The notes beneath the pieces were generated by a model, which did not search any database, was not told where the DNA came from, and saw only the letters and a list, made by a program, of their open reading frames with translations. A stretch of 63,077 nt of DNA from an uncultured Christensenellaceae bacterium (GTDB lineage: Bacteria > Bacillota > Clostridia > Christensenellales > DTU072), in contig CAYSNP010000004.1 in the NCBI GenBank assembly GCA_964432485.1, positions 24,319-87,395 of the forward strand. The letters run 5' to 3'. The position numbers and the translations under genes were made by a program. This document shows, piece by piece, positions 11,806-21,506 of the stretch (its first letter is position 1; each line of letters begins with the position of its first letter).

Positions 11806-13614
11806 ATGGTTTTATACAATTCCTTTGACCCTAACTATAAGCAACCTTTTGGAGCATTGGAGTGCGGAGGTAATCTTAGCATTACTTTTCCTGTGCACCA
11901 TAGCATAAGGGCGCAAGCTGTTTACATTGTTATACGTGGGGAGCAAGCGCTGCGTTTGCCGCTGCTTAAAGTAAAAAGCCAAAAGGATTATGATTTTTTC
12001 CATATTAGCTTTACTTTGGATAAAGAAGGGCTGTATTTTTATAGATTTGAAATTGATTTTAAGGAAGGTATCCGCTTTGTCGGCAGGGGCGAAAGGGGCA
12101 AGGCAAAGATAGGCGATTGGCTGCCCGAGTGGCAGCAAGCAGTATATAAACAAGGTTTTGCCACTCCTGATTTTATCAAAGGCGGTATTGTATACCATAT
12201 TTTTGTAGATAGGTTTGCACGCACAGAGGGTGCTGCTTTTTGCAAGCAAGGGGTTTTTAAGTGCTGGAACGAGGATGTTAGCACCAGCGACAGAGACGGA
12301 AAATATCGTGCTAATGACTTTTATGGCGGCAACCTTAAAGGCATTATAGGCAAACTAGACTACCTTGCCAGCCTTAATGTTAGCCTTATCTACCTTTCTC
12401 CTATCTTCAAAGCATATAGCAATCACCGCTATGATACCGGAGATTACTTTACAATTGATGAGCTGATAGGCTCTGAGCAAGACTTTAGCGAGCTGATAGC
12501 GCAAGCAAAGCAGTACGGAATTGGCATTATGTTAGACGGGGTGTTTAACCATACGGGCTCTGACAGCATTTACTTTAATAAATATGGCAATTATGACAGC
12601 ATAGGCGCTTGGCAAGGCAAACAAAGCCCGTATTACAATTGGTATACTTTTTTAGACGAGAAAAAGGGCTACCTTTCTTGGTGGGGAATAAAAAATGTGC
12701 CTTCCATAAGGCGGGATGCGCTAGGTTTTCAAGAAATGATTGCAGGCAGTGCGGGCGTGCTGGAAAAATGGACGAGTTTTGGAGTTGCAGGATGGCGATT
12801 GGATGTGGCTGACGAGCTAAGTTTGGATTTTATTAAAAAGATAAGAGACAAGCTAAAGAGCCTTAATCAGCAAACATTGTTACTTGGTGAAGTTTGGGAG
12901 GATGCCAGCAATAAAATAAGCTATGGAGAGCAAAGGCAGTATTTTAACGGTAACTTGCTGGACGGGGTAATGAATTATCCTTTTAGGGAATTAATCTTGC
13001 AGCTTATTAAAGATAAGGATATAGGTAAGTTTATAGAGGGCGTAGAAGCAATAATAGAGAATTATCCCAAACAGGCACTGGATACTTGCCTAGTAATGCT
13101 CTCTTCACACGATACCGTCAGAGCTATTAACGAGCTATCCGGCGCAAGTTGCACAGGGCTTTCAAAAAGAGAAAAAAAGCTGCGCAATCTTACTCTCACC
13201 GAGTACAGCAAAGGCAAAAAAAGACTAAAGCTGGCGAGCTTTTTGCAATATTTTCTGCCGGGAGTCCCCTCTATTTACTATGGGGATGAAGTTGGAATGC
13301 AGGGGTGGGATGACCCGATTAACAGGCGTCCTTTTACAGCAAACCCTGATAAGGAGCTGCTTGCTCATTACATAGAGCTAGGTAAGTTAAGGGCAAAATA
13401 CAAGCCTCACTTTACCTCGCTCATAAAGCTAACATCAAAAAAGGGCTGCTTATTCTTACAGCGGGGCGGGCTTACGGGTATAGTTAATTTAAGCGGGGCT
13501 ACTTTGTCCTTGCAAGAGTTGCTTAGCACAAATAATATAACAGATGAGCTGACAGGTAAAGTAATTGCATTGCTTGATGATATGCAATTTACAGTACTAA
13601 AGAATATTTTCTAA
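11806..13614 (+). CDS. GH13 neopullulanase/amylopullulanase-like enzyme, probable glycogen debranching
   Basis: YHIFVDRF, GGNLKGI, SNHRYDTGDY, LDGVFNH, GWRLDVAD, GEVWED, SSHDT, YYGDE. Confidence 0.88.
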   Translation: MVLYNSFDPNYKQPFGALECGGNLSITFPVHHSIRAQAVYIVIRGEQALRLPLLKVKSQKDYDFFHISFTLDKEGLYFYRFEIDFKEGIRFVGRGERGKAKIGDWLPEWQQAVYKQGFATPDFIKGGIVYHIFVDRFARTEGAAFCKQGVFKCWNEDVSTSDRDGKYRANDFYGGNLKGIIGKLDYLASLNVSLIYLSPIFKAYSNHRYDTGDYFTIDELIGSEQDFSELIAQAKQYGIGIMLDGVFNHTGSDSIYFNKYGNYDSIGAWQGKQSPYYNWYTFLDEKKGYLSWWGIKNVPSIRRDALGFQEMIAGSAGVLEKWTSFGVAGWRLDVADELSLDFIKKIRDKLKSLNQQTLLLGEVWEDASNKISYGEQRQYFNGNLLDGVMNYPFRELILQLIKDKDIGKFIEGVEAIIENYPKQALDTCLVMLSSHDTVRAINELSGASCTGLSKREKKLRNLTLTEYSKGKKRLKLASFLQYFLPGVPSIYYGDEVGMQGWDDPINRRPFTANPDKELLAHYIELGKLRAKYKPHFTSLIKLTSKKGCLFLQRGGLTGIVNLSGATLSLQELLSTNNITDELTGKVIALLDDMQFTVLKNIF

Positions 13615-13616
13615 TA

Positions 13617-13645
13617 TTGCTTTTTTGCTAGCTTTCTATTATAAT
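13617..13645 (+). promoter_or_regulatory. Internal sigma-A promoter for malQ
   Basis: TTGCTT, 17 nt, TATAAT; then SD AGAGGT and ATG 13664. Confidence 0.55.
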
Positions 13646-13663
13646 ATGATAAAGAGGTTAATT

Positions 13664-15178
13664 ATGGAAAATAGGACTAGCGGCATTTTGCTTAACATTG
13701 CCAGTATGCCCGGCAATTTTGCAATTGGCGATTTTTCTTGTAATGTGCTGGAAATAATAGACGATTTTGCTATTATGGGATTTCATTGGTTGCAGACTTT
13801 ACCTATTACCGCAATAGGAGAAGGCAATTCGCCTTACTCATCTAGTAGCGCTTATGCGCTAAATTATCTTTACCTTGACCCTTATAGTTTGCCCGAAAGA
13901 TTTGTTACAAAAGAAGAAATAGCTCCTTATGTTTATAGAGGAGAGCCTTATTTAGTCGATTACGATTACGCCCGAAAAGTTAAAAAAGAAATTCTTAAAA
14001 TAGCATACTCCCGCATTAACGAATTGGATAGAGAAGCAGTTAGCAGTTTTGTTAAAGCGCAGGAATATTGGATTAGCGACTATGCTCTTTATATGGCGCT
14101 AAAGGAAGCGCATAACGGTAAGGCTTGGTACGAGTGGGAAGAAAAGTATAAGTTTAGGTATCCAAATGCCTTGAAAGAGGCAGCCGAAACCTATAAAGAG
14201 CAAATTTACTTTTATTATTTTGAGCAGTTTATTTTACGCACCCAATGGGAGGTGCTTAAAAAACATGCAGATAGCAGAGGCTTTGGATTCTTTGGGGATA
14301 TGCCCATTTATGTGTCTTATGACAGTGTAGATGTATGGGCTAATCGCCAACTTTTTCAATTGGACGAGCAGCTAGTACAAAAAGCGCAAGCAGGAGTGCC
14401 GCCCGATTACTTTAGTGACAACGGGCAGTTGTGGGGCAATCCATTATACGATTACGAGGTTATGCGCAAAGATAACTACCAATGGCTTACCAATAGGATT
14501 GCTTACAACCTTTCATTATACCATTTGCTGCGTATAGACCATTTTAGAGGTTTTTATGAGTATTGGTCTGTGGATAAAGATGCCACCAGCGCGCAAGAGG
14601 GCTTATGGCAAAAAGGACCGGGGCTAGAGATTTGGGATGCGTTGCGCAAGATAGTCCCCAATCCTGCCATTGTGGCAGAGGACTTAGGTATCATCAATGA
14701 TAAGGTAAAAAAGTATCTGGAAAAAACAGGATTCTTTGGTATGAGGGTAATGCAATTTGGGTTTGACGGAAAAAGCGACAATCCGCATTTGCCTCATAAT
14801 TATGCAGAGAATTGCGTTGCCTATACAGCCACGCATGACAACAATACCACTTTGGGTTGGCTTTTTGAGCTAAGCAACGAAAGCAGAGAGTATGTGCTCA
14901 ATTATATTGGCTACGAAGGCAATCCTTTTATAGAAGGGCAAGGCTACTCCAGCGCAGTAAAATCATTTGTTCGTACAGTGCTTGCTTCCAAAGCAGACCT
15001 GGCAATTGTGCCTATTCAAGATATTTGTGGATTTGGAGCAGATACTAGACTTAATGTGCCCGGAGTAGCTGAGGGCAATTGGCGTTACCGCCTTACGCTT
15101 TCGGCATTGTCAGAAATAGATAGGGTGTTTTATTCTACCCTAAACCGCATTTATGGGAGGAACAATAAGACCTTTTAA
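13664..15178 (+). CDS. malQ: 4-alpha-glucanotransferase (amylomaltase, GH77)
   Basis: RTSGILL, GDMPIYVSYDS, GVPPDYFS, GQLWGNPLY, RIDHFRG, AEDLG, THDNNT. Confidence 0.95.
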   Translation: MENRTSGILLNIASMPGNFAIGDFSCNVLEIIDDFAIMGFHWLQTLPITAIGEGNSPYSSSSAYALNYLYLDPYSLPERFVTKEEIAPYVYRGEPYLVDYDYARKVKKEILKIAYSRINELDREAVSSFVKAQEYWISDYALYMALKEAHNGKAWYEWEEKYKFRYPNALKEAAETYKEQIYFYYFEQFILRTQWEVLKKHADSRGFGFFGDMPIYVSYDSVDVWANRQLFQLDEQLVQKAQAGVPPDYFSDNGQLWGNPLYDYEVMRKDNYQWLTNRIAYNLSLYHLLRIDHFRGFYEYWSVDKDATSAQEGLWQKGPGLEIWDALRKIVPNPAIVAEDLGIINDKVKKYLEKTGFFGMRVMQFGFDGKSDNPHLPHNYAENCVAYTATHDNNTTLGWLFELSNESREYVLNYIGYEGNPFIEGQGYSSAVKSFVRTVLASKADLAIVPIQDICGFGADTRLNVPGVAEGNWRYRLTLSALSEIDRVFYSTLNRIYGRNNKTF

Positions 15179-15179
15179 A

Positions 15180-15674
15180 ATGGAAATATTTTATACCTTT
15201 AGCAAGGTAAATAGTGCAGAGTTTGCCTTGCAAGCATTAGAAAAATACTGTACTCAAAAGAAAATTGCTACCCCTGCCAATATCCGCTTGCTGCAAAGCA
15301 AGGGGGGCAAGCCTTTTGCCAACATTTCAGGTGTGCATTTTAGCCTTACGCATACAAAAGGGCTTACGCTTATAGCTACCGCCGACAGAGAGTTAGGGAT
15401 AGATGCGGAAAATATCAGAGAGGTGGATTACCGCCCTATACTAAAAAAATACGGTGTTAAGACAGGGGTAAAAGACAGCAGTGATTTTTTGTGGTGGTGG
15501 ACAAAAAAAGAGGCTCAAGCAAAGCTACTGGATATTCCTCTTGCAAATAGCTTGCGTCTTAGCGACCCGCTGGCTAACTTTATTGCTATTAAGGAAATAG
15601 AGGGATTTATTATTACCTTAGCGTACTATGGTATGCCAGAAGTCTTTTCTTTAGAGGAAATGCCCCCTATATAA
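15180..15674 (+). CDS. 4'-phosphopantetheinyl transferase (Sfp-type); alternative start 15153
   Basis: GKPF, FSLTH, LGIDAE, WTKKEA motifs. Confidence 0.8.
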   Translation: MEIFYTFSKVNSAEFALQALEKYCTQKKIATPANIRLLQSKGGKPFANISGVHFSLTHTKGLTLIATADRELGIDAENIREVDYRPILKKYGVKTGVKDSSDFLWWWTKKEAQAKLLDIPLANSLRLSDPLANFIAIKEIEGFIITLAYYGMPEVFSLEEMPPI

Positions 15675-15773
15675 CAGTTTAAGTAGTTTATGAACAAAAA
15701 AAACAGTATTCCTCTATGCAAAAGAGATTTTATATATTATAATAATTACATTAAAGTATAGGAGCAAAAAGAA

Positions 15774-16778
15774 ATGAAAAAAATCATTGTGCTTATGCTG
15801 TGTATCGTTGCTCTTTCTTCCAGCATTTTTTTGCTTGCAAGTTGCAATGAAAAACAGCTTTTGATTGTATATCTTGGCGATTCTATTGCTGAAGCTCTAG
15901 CAGGGCCTTCCCCTTTATCAGAGCGTGAAAGATATGGTTACTATGGCATGCTTGGTATCCGCAACAATTATATTTACCGCAACCGAGCTGTTTCAGGGAG
16001 CCGCACCTTTGACTTGCTAGCTTATGTTAAGTGCGAGGATGAGGATGCAAAAATCACTCAAACCTTGCTTAAACAAGCAGATATTATACATATTTCCATT
16101 CTAGGCAACGACTTGCTTTTTGCAGATATTGGGGAGCTGCTTACTACCGCCTTAGAAAATGATTTTTCCGGCATTGATGCACTGGTTGCAATTGCGGCTA
16201 ATGCGGTAGGCGAAACTATTGCTACTTTGCGCACATACAATCCCAATGCTACTTTAATTTTTCAAAATGTTTACAATCCAATTCATCCTGCATCTATGCT
16301 GCTTGTAGATGAAATAAAGGACAAAATGGATGCTGCCGGTATCCCGGTAGAAGAATATAGAGAAAAAGGCGAAATAATACTAAGCAGATTAAATAATGTA
16401 TTAGTTGATTATAGCACAGCTCACCCCGGAGAAATCTATATAGCCGACGCTCATAAAGAGTTTAATAGGATTTTTGACCAATCGTCTGAAAAAGGCATTA
16501 AGCTGCAATGCAGTGACGGGGTGCACCCTTCCAGCTATGGGCATGCGGTGCTTGCAGATTTAACTCAAGGTATACTTGAGGAGCTTGGACTGGCTAAAAA
16601 ATCTGCCGCTTTGAAAAATTATAAGAAACTAAGACTGGAACAGCTAGAAAGGATGTATTCGAGCACTACAGTTAATATTAAGGAAACTAAAGCAAATATT
16701 AGAAAAGCAAAAAGTTGCTCTGAAGTTACAGAAGCATATTTTGACGCTACCCTTGGGGTTGTCCCTAAATACTTTTAA
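15774..16778 (+). CDS. SGNH/GDSL hydrolase lipoprotein
   Basis: Lipobox LLASC; block I GDSI, block III GND, block V DGVHP. Confidence 0.82.
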   Translation: MKKIIVLMLCIVALSSSIFLLASCNEKQLLIVYLGDSIAEALAGPSPLSERERYGYYGMLGIRNNYIYRNRAVSGSRTFDLLAYVKCEDEDAKITQTLLKQADIIHISILGNDLLFADIGELLTTALENDFSGIDALVAIAANAVGETIATLRTYNPNATLIFQNVYNPIHPASMLLVDEIKDKMDAAGIPVEEYREKGEIILSRLNNVLVDYSTAHPGEIYIADAHKEFNRIFDQSSEKGIKLQCSDGVHPSSYGHAVLADLTQGILEELGLAKKSAALKNYKKLRLEQLERMYSSTTVNIKETKANIRKAKSCSEVTEAYFDATLGVVPKYF

Positions 16779-16789
16779 GGAGAGGAAGG

Positions 16790-17503
16790 ATGAAAAAAAG
16801 TTATAAGATATTTTTAGTTATATTTACTATCGTTTTTGTATTTGCTGCCGTTTTCTCTCTTTCCGCTTGCGTGGAAAAGCCTTGGCTAATGGAAAAAAGT
16901 ACAATGTTTTACTTGGATATGACCCTTGAAAGTAAAATAATGGGGATTCCTTTTCTTTTTGCTATAGATACCGATAAAAGCGGAGTGCTGCTTAGGCGTG
17001 ACGGTACAGTAAGAGTCACCCTAATAACAAATAGCTTGGTATCGACCTTAATATCCTTGCTTCCTGACCTTAGTAGCCTGCAAATTGACGATGCCACCAG
17101 GACTCTTATTGATACTTTAGCAGCGGACTATTTCCCCGGATTTTCGCTTGATGACCCCATTAATTCCTTAGAACTGGTTGAAAAGGGAGTAAATCTAAAA
17201 CTGGTAGGTTTAGATGACCCTGATTTTCGGCAAGCACTTATACACTTTGGTGAAACGGGTGCTTTGCCTCAAAACTTTTCGATTCCAAAAGGCTTTGGGA
17301 TAGAGTTCAACAGCAAGTATTATCTTAGCAAAGTGCAAGCGCAAGATGGCACAGAATATATAGCTGTTAATATTGGCAAGCATAGCAAGGGCGGCGAAGG
17401 CCCAATATTGCTTACTCTTCTTGAAAACGAGGAAGGCATAAAAGAAGTTACCTTTAGATTCGGAGTATTAGATCTATATTTAAGAGCTGTAGAAAGAGTA
17501 TAA
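16790..17503 (+). CDS. Hypothetical lipoprotein
   Basis: Signal peptide with lipobox SLSAC; SD GGAGAGG; no recognisable domain. Confidence 0.7.
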   Translation: MKKSYKIFLVIFTIVFVFAAVFSLSACVEKPWLMEKSTMFYLDMTLESKIMGIPFLFAIDTDKSGVLLRRDGTVRVTLITNSLVSTLISLLPDLSSLQIDDATRTLIDTLAADYFPGFSLDDPINSLELVEKGVNLKLVGLDDPDFRQALIHFGETGALPQNFSIPKGFGIEFNSKYYLSKVQAQDGTEYIAVNIGKHSKGGEGPILLTLLENEEGIKEVTFRFGVLDLYLRAVERV

Positions 17504-17516
17504 AGCTAGCATTTAC

Positions 17517-17554
17517 AAGAAGGCTGCCAAGCTGTCGTATTGGCAGTTTCTTTT
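17517..17554. terminator. Probable bidirectional intrinsic terminator between convergent genes
   Basis: aagaagg-CTGCCAA, 9-nt loop, TTGGCAG-tttctttt. Confidence 0.6.
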
Positions 17555-18872
17555 AGCTTATAAAGCCATTTATTTTTTCAATCCATTCTGCTACAGCGTT
17601 AGCTTTATAGCTTTGCGGAATATCAAGGATAGCTTGTTTTGCCGCTTTTGACTTGCCTACCACGCTTTTTATCTTTAGCAAGAGTAACGGTTTGCGCCAG
17701 CCTTTTTTAAGTTTTTCAAATATTGCTTTTTTATCCAGCACTATCTCTTGTCCATGCGCTCCCGCCCCCAGCTCTTTTGCGCCCAGGATACCATTGTTAA
17801 ATAAAAAGTTCAGTTCTTTTTCAGTTATTCCCAGCAAAAAGTTCTTTAATACGCAAATGCCAATCATTTTGCTTGCAACTGCAGTAAAATATTCAACTTG
17901 ATAGTCCCAAATATTGTCTATAGTCCATTCCTTTCCCTGTTTGTCAGCTTTAAGTAAGGTATCTGCAAGCATTTTTCCTGCCAAAATGGAGTTAGTAATA
18001 CCGGAGCCGTTAATAGGGATAGGCATAGATGCGGCATCTCCTGTAAGGGCAAAGCTGTCTCCCACTATAAGCGGCAAAGTGGATTTTAGAGGTATATCTC
18101 CCGCATATCCCCCTCGTTTTAGCTCATAGCCGATAGAGGGTTGCGCTTGGCGAAGTTTTTCAAGCACAGCATCCAGCCTTTGTTTGTCAAGAGGTTGCAC
18201 AGCTCCAACTATAATATCCGCCATCCCTTCATTGACCTTATACCACGCCAGCCCTTTTATACCTTCAAACATAAAATAAAAGTTAAATCTATCTGCATTG
18301 ACGATTTTAGCATTGGGTATTAAATTAAAATATGCTCTATATGCCCAAAAAATATCGCTTGGACCATAATTGCTTACAATATTATAGCTTTTCGGCAAGT
18401 GCTTAATAAGCGGCGAGTGTATTCCTGTAGCGTCTATAACAAAGTCAGCTAAAATTTCACCGTCTACGGTAACAATGCCCGCAACTTTATTGGCCGAATC
18501 CAAATAAGGGCGTAAAACTTCTTTTTCGAAATACAATATTGCTCCGCTCTTTAAGGCATTATCAATTAAGTATTTGTACAATACTTTTCTGTCAATGCTA
18601 TACTCTTTTTGGTCTGGACCTGCGTCAATAGATACCGAATTCTTTAAGTTTGGCGGAAAAAAGGTAGAATCAGGCCTGCCCGTATAGTCTTTTTTGCTAA
18701 CTTTTATGCCCGCATATTCAAAAGTGGAAGCGGCTATTGTATCATGCCAATCATACCCCAACTCTTCACGCTTTCGTTTTTCGTATACTTCCACGCTATA
18801 GCCTTGAGCTGCCAAATATGCCGCTGCGGTAAGCCCGCCATGCCCTGCGCCTGCAATTACTATTTTTTTCAT
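17553..18872 (-). CDS. FAD-dependent oxidoreductase (geranylgeranyl reductase/flavoprotein family)
   Basis: IVIAGAGHGGLTAA Rossmann motif with EK; VIDATG; GDAASMPIPINGSGI. Confidence 0.8.
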   Translation of the reverse strand: MKKIVIAGAGHGGLTAAAYLAAQGYSVEVYEKRKREELGYDWHDTIAASTFEYAGIKVSKKDYTGRPDSTFFPPNLKNSVSIDAGPDQKEYSIDRKVLYKYLIDNALKSGAILYFEKEVLRPYLDSANKVAGIVTVDGEILADFVIDATGIHSPLIKHLPKSYNIVSNYGPSDIFWAYRAYFNLIPNAKIVNADRFNFYFMFEGIKGLAWYKVNEGMADIIVGAVQPLDKQRLDAVLEKLRQAQPSIGYELKRGGYAGDIPLKSTLPLIVGDSFALTGDAASMPIPINGSGITNSILAGKMLADTLLKADKQGKEWTIDNIWDYQVEYFTAVASKMIGICVLKNFLLGITEKELNFLFNNGILGAKELGAGAHGQEIVLDKKAIFEKLKKGWRKPLLLLKIKSVVGKSKAAKQAILDIPQSYKANAVAEWIEKINGFIS

Positions 18873-18893
18873 AATACTGCCTCCTTGCCAATT

Positions 18894-18922
18894 AGTATAT
18901 TATGGGAGGGGAATAATGTCAA
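18894..18922 (-). promoter_or_regulatory. sigma-A promoter of the FAD oxidoreductase
   Basis: Minus strand TTGACA, 17 nt, TATACT; then SD AAGGAGG. Confidence 0.75.
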
Positions 18923-18956
18923 GCACCGCCAATTTAGGGCAAAGCTAGTGGCATTT

Positions 18957-19853
18957 TCAATACTTTCTTAAAAACTCCTGCACTTGAGTATTGCTAGGGA
19001 TAGCTGCTGCCGCTCCTTTCTTGGTAGTAGCAAGGGCTGCGGCTGCAGAAGCGTATTGTATAGCTTGCACTACCTCTTTGCCTTGCGCCAGCCCTGCCGC
19101 TAAATATCCGCAATAGGTGTCCCCTGCCGCTGTGGTATCTATTGCTTTTACCTTATAGCTTTTGACAGCGTGTCTATCTTTGCCCTCAATAAGCATAGAG
19201 CCTTGCTCCCCTAATGTGACTATAAGGCGAGCAATGCCTTGCTTTAGCAATGCCTTTACTGCTTTTTCAAAATCAGTACTGCCGCCAAGGGTAGCCAGTT
19301 CGTTTTCATTGGGGATAAGGATATCAGTATAGGAGAGCATATCTAAACATGCAAGATTAGCAGGAGCAGGATTAAGCAAGGTAAGCAGTCCTTTTTGTTT
19401 TGCTTGAGCCAGCCCGTATTTTACTAACTCTAAAGGCACTTCCAACTGCGTTAAAAAAATATCTCCTTCTACAGCTGTCTGCAATAGGGCGTCTATATCG
19501 CTTTTTGCCACTTTGGCATTTGCGCCTGCATTGATAATGATTCTATTGTCCGCATCTACTACTATTATTACAGCAGTGCCCGAAGAGCCGCTTGTTTGGC
19601 GTATATAGTTGCAAGCCACACCTGATTGAGCAAGTGCTGAAAGCATTTGTTCGGCAAAGGTATCAGAGCCTACACAGCCTGCCATATACACTTGTGCTCC
19701 CCCCTTAGCGCAAGCAATAGCCTGATTAGCACCTTTACCGCCGGGGTTTAGCATAAAATCATACCCTATTAGAGTTTCTCCCTTTTTCGGAAAGCGGTCT
19801 GCATTGATAACCACATCCATATTTAAGCTGCCTAACACAAAAATCTTTTTCAT
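18957..19853 (-). CDS. rbsK: Ribokinase
   Basis: GSLNMD, PKKGETL, PGGKGANQA, TQLEVP, PNENE, DTTAAGD. Confidence 0.88.
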   Translation of the reverse strand: MKKIFVLGSLNMDVVINADRFPKKGETLIGYDFMLNPGGKGANQAIACAKGGAQVYMAGCVGSDTFAEQMLSALAQSGVACNYIRQTSGSSGTAVIIVVDADNRIIINAGANAKVAKSDIDALLQTAVEGDIFLTQLEVPLELVKYGLAQAKQKGLLTLLNPAPANLACLDMLSYTDILIPNENELATLGGSTDFEKAVKALLKQGIARLIVTLGEQGSMLIEGKDRHAVKSYKVKAIDTTAAGDTYCGYLAAGLAQGKEVVQAIQYASAAAALATTKKGAAAAIPSNTQVQEFLRKY

Positions 19854-19862
19854 TTTAGCACC

Positions 19863-21488
19863 TTATGCTTTATGCAAAGATAAAACTAAACCTTGATACG
19901 CTGACAACTCTATATTGTTTAGGTCAATAGCTTGCTTATCTTTATTAATACTAAGCAGCACTTGCGCAGCTTTATAGTTGCCTGCATTCTCCAAAGAAAA
20001 AACGCATCCTTTTTTGCTCATATTAAGAGCTACAAATACAGTTTCTTGCTCAGTAGTCCTAAAATACGCTAACACATTTTTAGGAGCTTTTTCGTAAAAG
20101 GCAAACTCGCCAAGTCCTAAAGCATTATTTTTTTTGCGCATCCAAATAAGCTTGCGATAGGTATGCAGCAAGGAGTGCGGGTCTTGCTCCGCTTGCGCCA
20201 CATTTATATTTTTGTAGTCTTTATGTACAGGCAACCAAGGTTCTGCGCTAGAAAAGCCGGCATACTCTTCACTTGACCATTGTATAGGGGTGCGCGCGCG
20301 ATCTCTGCCTCTATGAAAAGGCCAATAGTGCTTGCCTACAGAGTCCATTAGTTCATTCCGCTTTATTTTAACATCCAGCATACCTATTTCCTCGCCCATA
20401 TAGATAAAAGGCGTACCTTTAAGAGTAAGGAGCAAAGCTGCCGCTATTTTAGCCCGTGCCAAAGTCCATTTGCCTTTGGCATACCTGCTGATATGGCGAG
20501 GTATATCATGATTGGAAAGAAAGTAGCTTGGCCAGCCTTTGCCTTGCGTAGCATCAAGCCACTGCTGAATATTTTGCTTAAAGCTAGCAGCCGAAAACTT
20601 AGAATGCATAAAGGCAAAATTAAATACCAAATGCATTCCGTCATTGTTATCCCCATAATACTTTACTGCTTCTTCCACATCTTTAATAAAGATTTCGCCT
20701 ACCAGCATTTTATCTTTATACTTATCTGTAAGTGCTCTCATCATTTTGCCCACTCCAACCGCCTCAGGTCTGTTGCGGTCATAAATATGCTTTTGCATAT
20801 CGTAAGGGCGTATGCCTAAGCAAAAAGGATTGTTGCGCAGCTCGCTGTCTTTATGAGAAAAGTTAAGTACATCCACCCTAAACCCGTCCACCCCTTTTTT
20901 TAGCCAAAACTCCATTGCCGCTAGCACAGCTTTTGCAACTTCGGGGTTTTTCCAATTGAGGTCAGGCTGTTCGGGCAAAGAATTATGATAATAATATTGG
21001 CGGGTCTTAGCGTCCCAATCCCAAGCCCGTCCGCCAAACATCCCCAGCCATTTGTTGGGGTATTTGCCTTGCTTGCCGTCCACCCATATATACCAATCCC
21101 TTTTAGGGCTGTCTTTGCTGGAGCGGGATTCGATAAACCAAGGGTGCAAGTGCGAAGTTACGCTTGGCACAATATCCATAAGGATGCGGATACCTCGCTT
21201 ATGCGCTTCCTCCAGCAATTTATCAAAGTCCGCCATAGTACCGTATTGAGGGTCAATGCCCTCATAATCCATAATGTCATATCCAAAATCATATTGCGGG
21301 CAAGGATATACGGGATTTAGCCAAATAGCGTCTATGCCCAAAGAGTTTTCAGTCCCGTCATTTAAGTAATCCAGCTTTTCAATAATGCCCTTAATATCAC
21401 CTACGCCATCATTGTTAGTATCGTTAAAGCTGCGAGGATACAATTGATATGCAACTGCGCTCTTCCACCATTCTGCCTTGCTATTCAT
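19863..21488 (-). CDS. GH13 alpha-glucosidase-like enzyme (oligo-1,6-glucosidase type) with altered -1 subsite
   Basis: WWKSAVAYQLYPRSF, DFGYDIMDY, QPDLNW, DGFRVD, GE, SNHD; region I reads DIVPSVTS instead of the usual DLVVNHTS; ATG 21488 after GGAGG. Confidence 0.9.
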   Translation of the reverse strand: MNSKAEWWKSAVAYQLYPRSFNDTNNDGVGDIKGIIEKLDYLNDGTENSLGIDAIWLNPVYPCPQYDFGYDIMDYEGIDPQYGTMADFDKLLEEAHKRGIRILMDIVPSVTSHLHPWFIESRSSKDSPKRDWYIWVDGKQGKYPNKWLGMFGGRAWDWDAKTRQYYYHNSLPEQPDLNWKNPEVAKAVLAAMEFWLKKGVDGFRVDVLNFSHKDSELRNNPFCLGIRPYDMQKHIYDRNRPEAVGVGKMMRALTDKYKDKMLVGEIFIKDVEEAVKYYGDNNDGMHLVFNFAFMHSKFSAASFKQNIQQWLDATQGKGWPSYFLSNHDIPRHISRYAKGKWTLARAKIAAALLLTLKGTPFIYMGEEIGMLDVKIKRNELMDSVGKHYWPFHRGRDRARTPIQWSSEEYAGFSSAEPWLPVHKDYKNINVAQAEQDPHSLLHTYRKLIWMRKKNNALGLGEFAFYEKAPKNVLAYFRTTEQETVFVALNMSKKGCVFSLENAGNYKAAQVLLSINKDKQAIDLNNIELSAYQGLVLSLHKA

Positions 21489-21506
21489 AATATTTACCTC
21501 CATATT

